From the NCBI GenBank assembly GCA_051362555.1, contig CM120643.1:7068001-7132000 (forward strand): a stretch of 64,000 nucleotides of DNA. The letters run 5' to 3'. Numbering within the stretch: the first letter of the stretch is position 1; each line of letters begins with the position of its first letter. Of the stretch, positions 62,405 to 64,000 are shown piece by piece. The DNA is from Lingula anatina (lineage: Eukaryota; Animalia; Brachiopoda). The notes beneath the pieces are model-generated. The model had not been told where the DNA came from. It saw only the letters and a list, made by a program, of their open reading frames with translations, and searched no databases. Both the position numbers and the translations under genes were made by a program.

Positions 62405-62495
62405 ATCTATAAAGTTCTACATGGTGAAGCTGGAGATGTGGGCTAGTTTTACTCTTTTCTTTCAAAGTTTGCAATATACTCTGGCTTTCAGTACC
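62405..62495 (+). repeat. Dispersed repeat shared with ~21163..21253
   Basis: ggaga..tg..ctagtttt...aaagtttgcaatatact.tg.ctttcagt at both sites. Confidence 0.6.
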
Positions 62496-63534
62496 CGCAT
62501 GCAACCAAAATATTTGCTGGTATCTTAATACATCTCCCACTTGTGTCTCCCCCCTAAAACGGTCCACACTAAAAAATCAATAATCGTATGGCATTTTTAT
62601 ACAGGCAATTGACCTACTTTTATACCCATGCAGCTATCGACGAGTTTTATGGCTGTGGAGTGAAAACGTGATACACGTCTGTGATATAAAAATTATTTCT
62701 AATTACATAATTTACAAACAGTGCATTTGGAATAAAGGTGTCCAGATTTGTGAGCAAAAGATGACATTGCTATTTGAAAATAATGAAAAAATTGGAGACA
62801 AGCCTAAATCAGAAAAAATGCATTTTTTTCTCTTATAAATTAGGTTCCTTGAAGTAATATAAGACTGGCCGGAAGTGATGTTCAGAGATTTGTAACGATG
62901 ATGATCTTGATGGCCTTGATGATCTTAATGGTGGTTCAAAAAATATTATCAAAGTTTTCAGTTGTCATCTGGTGAGAAAGAAATTTTCTGCACTAACACA
63001 ATCATTCCACGAGTGAAAAATAATTAGTAAACGCGCCTCAGATGCGCTGCAGACGTCTTGGCTTTTGGGCGAAAATCACACGTCATAATTATTTGATATA
63101 GGTAAAAAACTGATTGAAAATGGATATCGGCAAAGCATTAAAATTTTGACGGCATTTCTGTTTATTTGTGTTCGACAAGGATGAATTTAATTAGAATACC
63201 CCCTCTCTCTCTTTTTAAGCGAATATAAAGGAGAAAGCCGAGCGAAAAAAATAATGCGCATAACATATTATTAACAGTCAAAATATTCAGAAGTAAAAAA
63301 AATTCAGAGTTAAAAATCTTGTTGGCCACTACAGTTCCTCTTCATAGAGGATCACATGCAAAATTTTAAGGCAACTTGTGGCCAATTGATATTGTAAAGT
63401 AAATGACTTACACTTTCACTAACTGCAGATAAAGATTATAACGGAATCAAACAAGTTAAAGGACAGGGAGTTATTCAGTGTTGCGCCGACTAACAACTCA
63501 CAACGTAAATAACAACAATAACAACAACAACAAC

Positions 63535-63694
63535 CAGGCCCGTAGCCAGCAATTTCAAAAGGGGGGTTCTTTTTCTGAAAAAGTGGACCTTTTCCCATAA
63601 AAACTTCATGTACCTAGATCAAATTTTACCCAGAGTGGACCTTTTTCCAGCAAAAGGGGCGGTTCCCCCCGAACCCCCCCTGGCTACGGGCCTG
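63535..63694. mobile_element. 160-bp hAT-type MITE
   Basis: Perfect TIR CAGGCCCGTAGCCAG...CTGGCTACGGGCCTG; flanks ACAACAAC / ACAACAAT (7/8, within an AAC microsatellite). Confidence 0.88.
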
Positions 63695-64000
63695 ACAACA
63701 ATCTACACGCAATATGGTAACGTGCATATCGGTAACGCAGTGGTGGATTTAGAGGTTTCTGAAAAATATATCGCACCAATATTCCCCTCTTGAAATTAGA
63801 ATGTTGTCTAACCTTTGTATATTTTTAACTGGAAAATCTACTTATTGATATTATTCCATTTTTTCATACAAATTATTAGTTTTTCTTATAAAAATTAAAG
63901 TGAAAGGGAAAAGATTAGAGGGAGAAAAATTGAACATATACGCTTTTCCCCAAAAAATATCCTTTATTACAGTGAAATAATGAAGAACATACATACTATT

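Noticed and set aside
1-64000. Prokaryotic operons, defence systems, Fanzor/TnpB or viral capsid/polymerase genes
   Set aside because: No long ORFs other than the FASTK-like gene, and no RuvC, Cas, PolB or capsid motifs recognised; heavily decayed copies could be missed by eye.

Overview
AT-rich, intron-containing, repeat-dense DNA that reads as invertebrate animal nuclear genome, not prokaryotic. I can support only one intact host gene: a two-exon FASTK-family (RAP-domain) mitochondrial RNA-binding protein on the minus strand, join(complement(716..843,1373..3323)), about 692 aa. The ORF track mis-calls both of its ends. Upstream of it is an 11-copy 44-bp array whose units carry a CRE palindrome and an E-box. 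The rest is a layered graveyard of transposable elements: Kolobok, nested CCC-terminal EnSpm-like elements, a TA-flanked Tc1/mariner-type element carrying a satellite, two ISL2EU-like elements, Harbinger and hAT MITEs, Helentron-like (HINE) repeats, and fragments of Sola3, EnSpm, P-like, Gypsy, BEL/Pao, L2/CR1, RTE, RTEX and Penelope elements. Both Penelope fragments end in minimal hammerhead ribozyme motifs. The best candidates for something new are a split HIRAN-like gene co-oriented with Sola3-like and KolX-like remnants, a triad of Pol III A/B-box units, and the CRE/E-box array. All family assignments come from motif recognition by eye; no database search was run.
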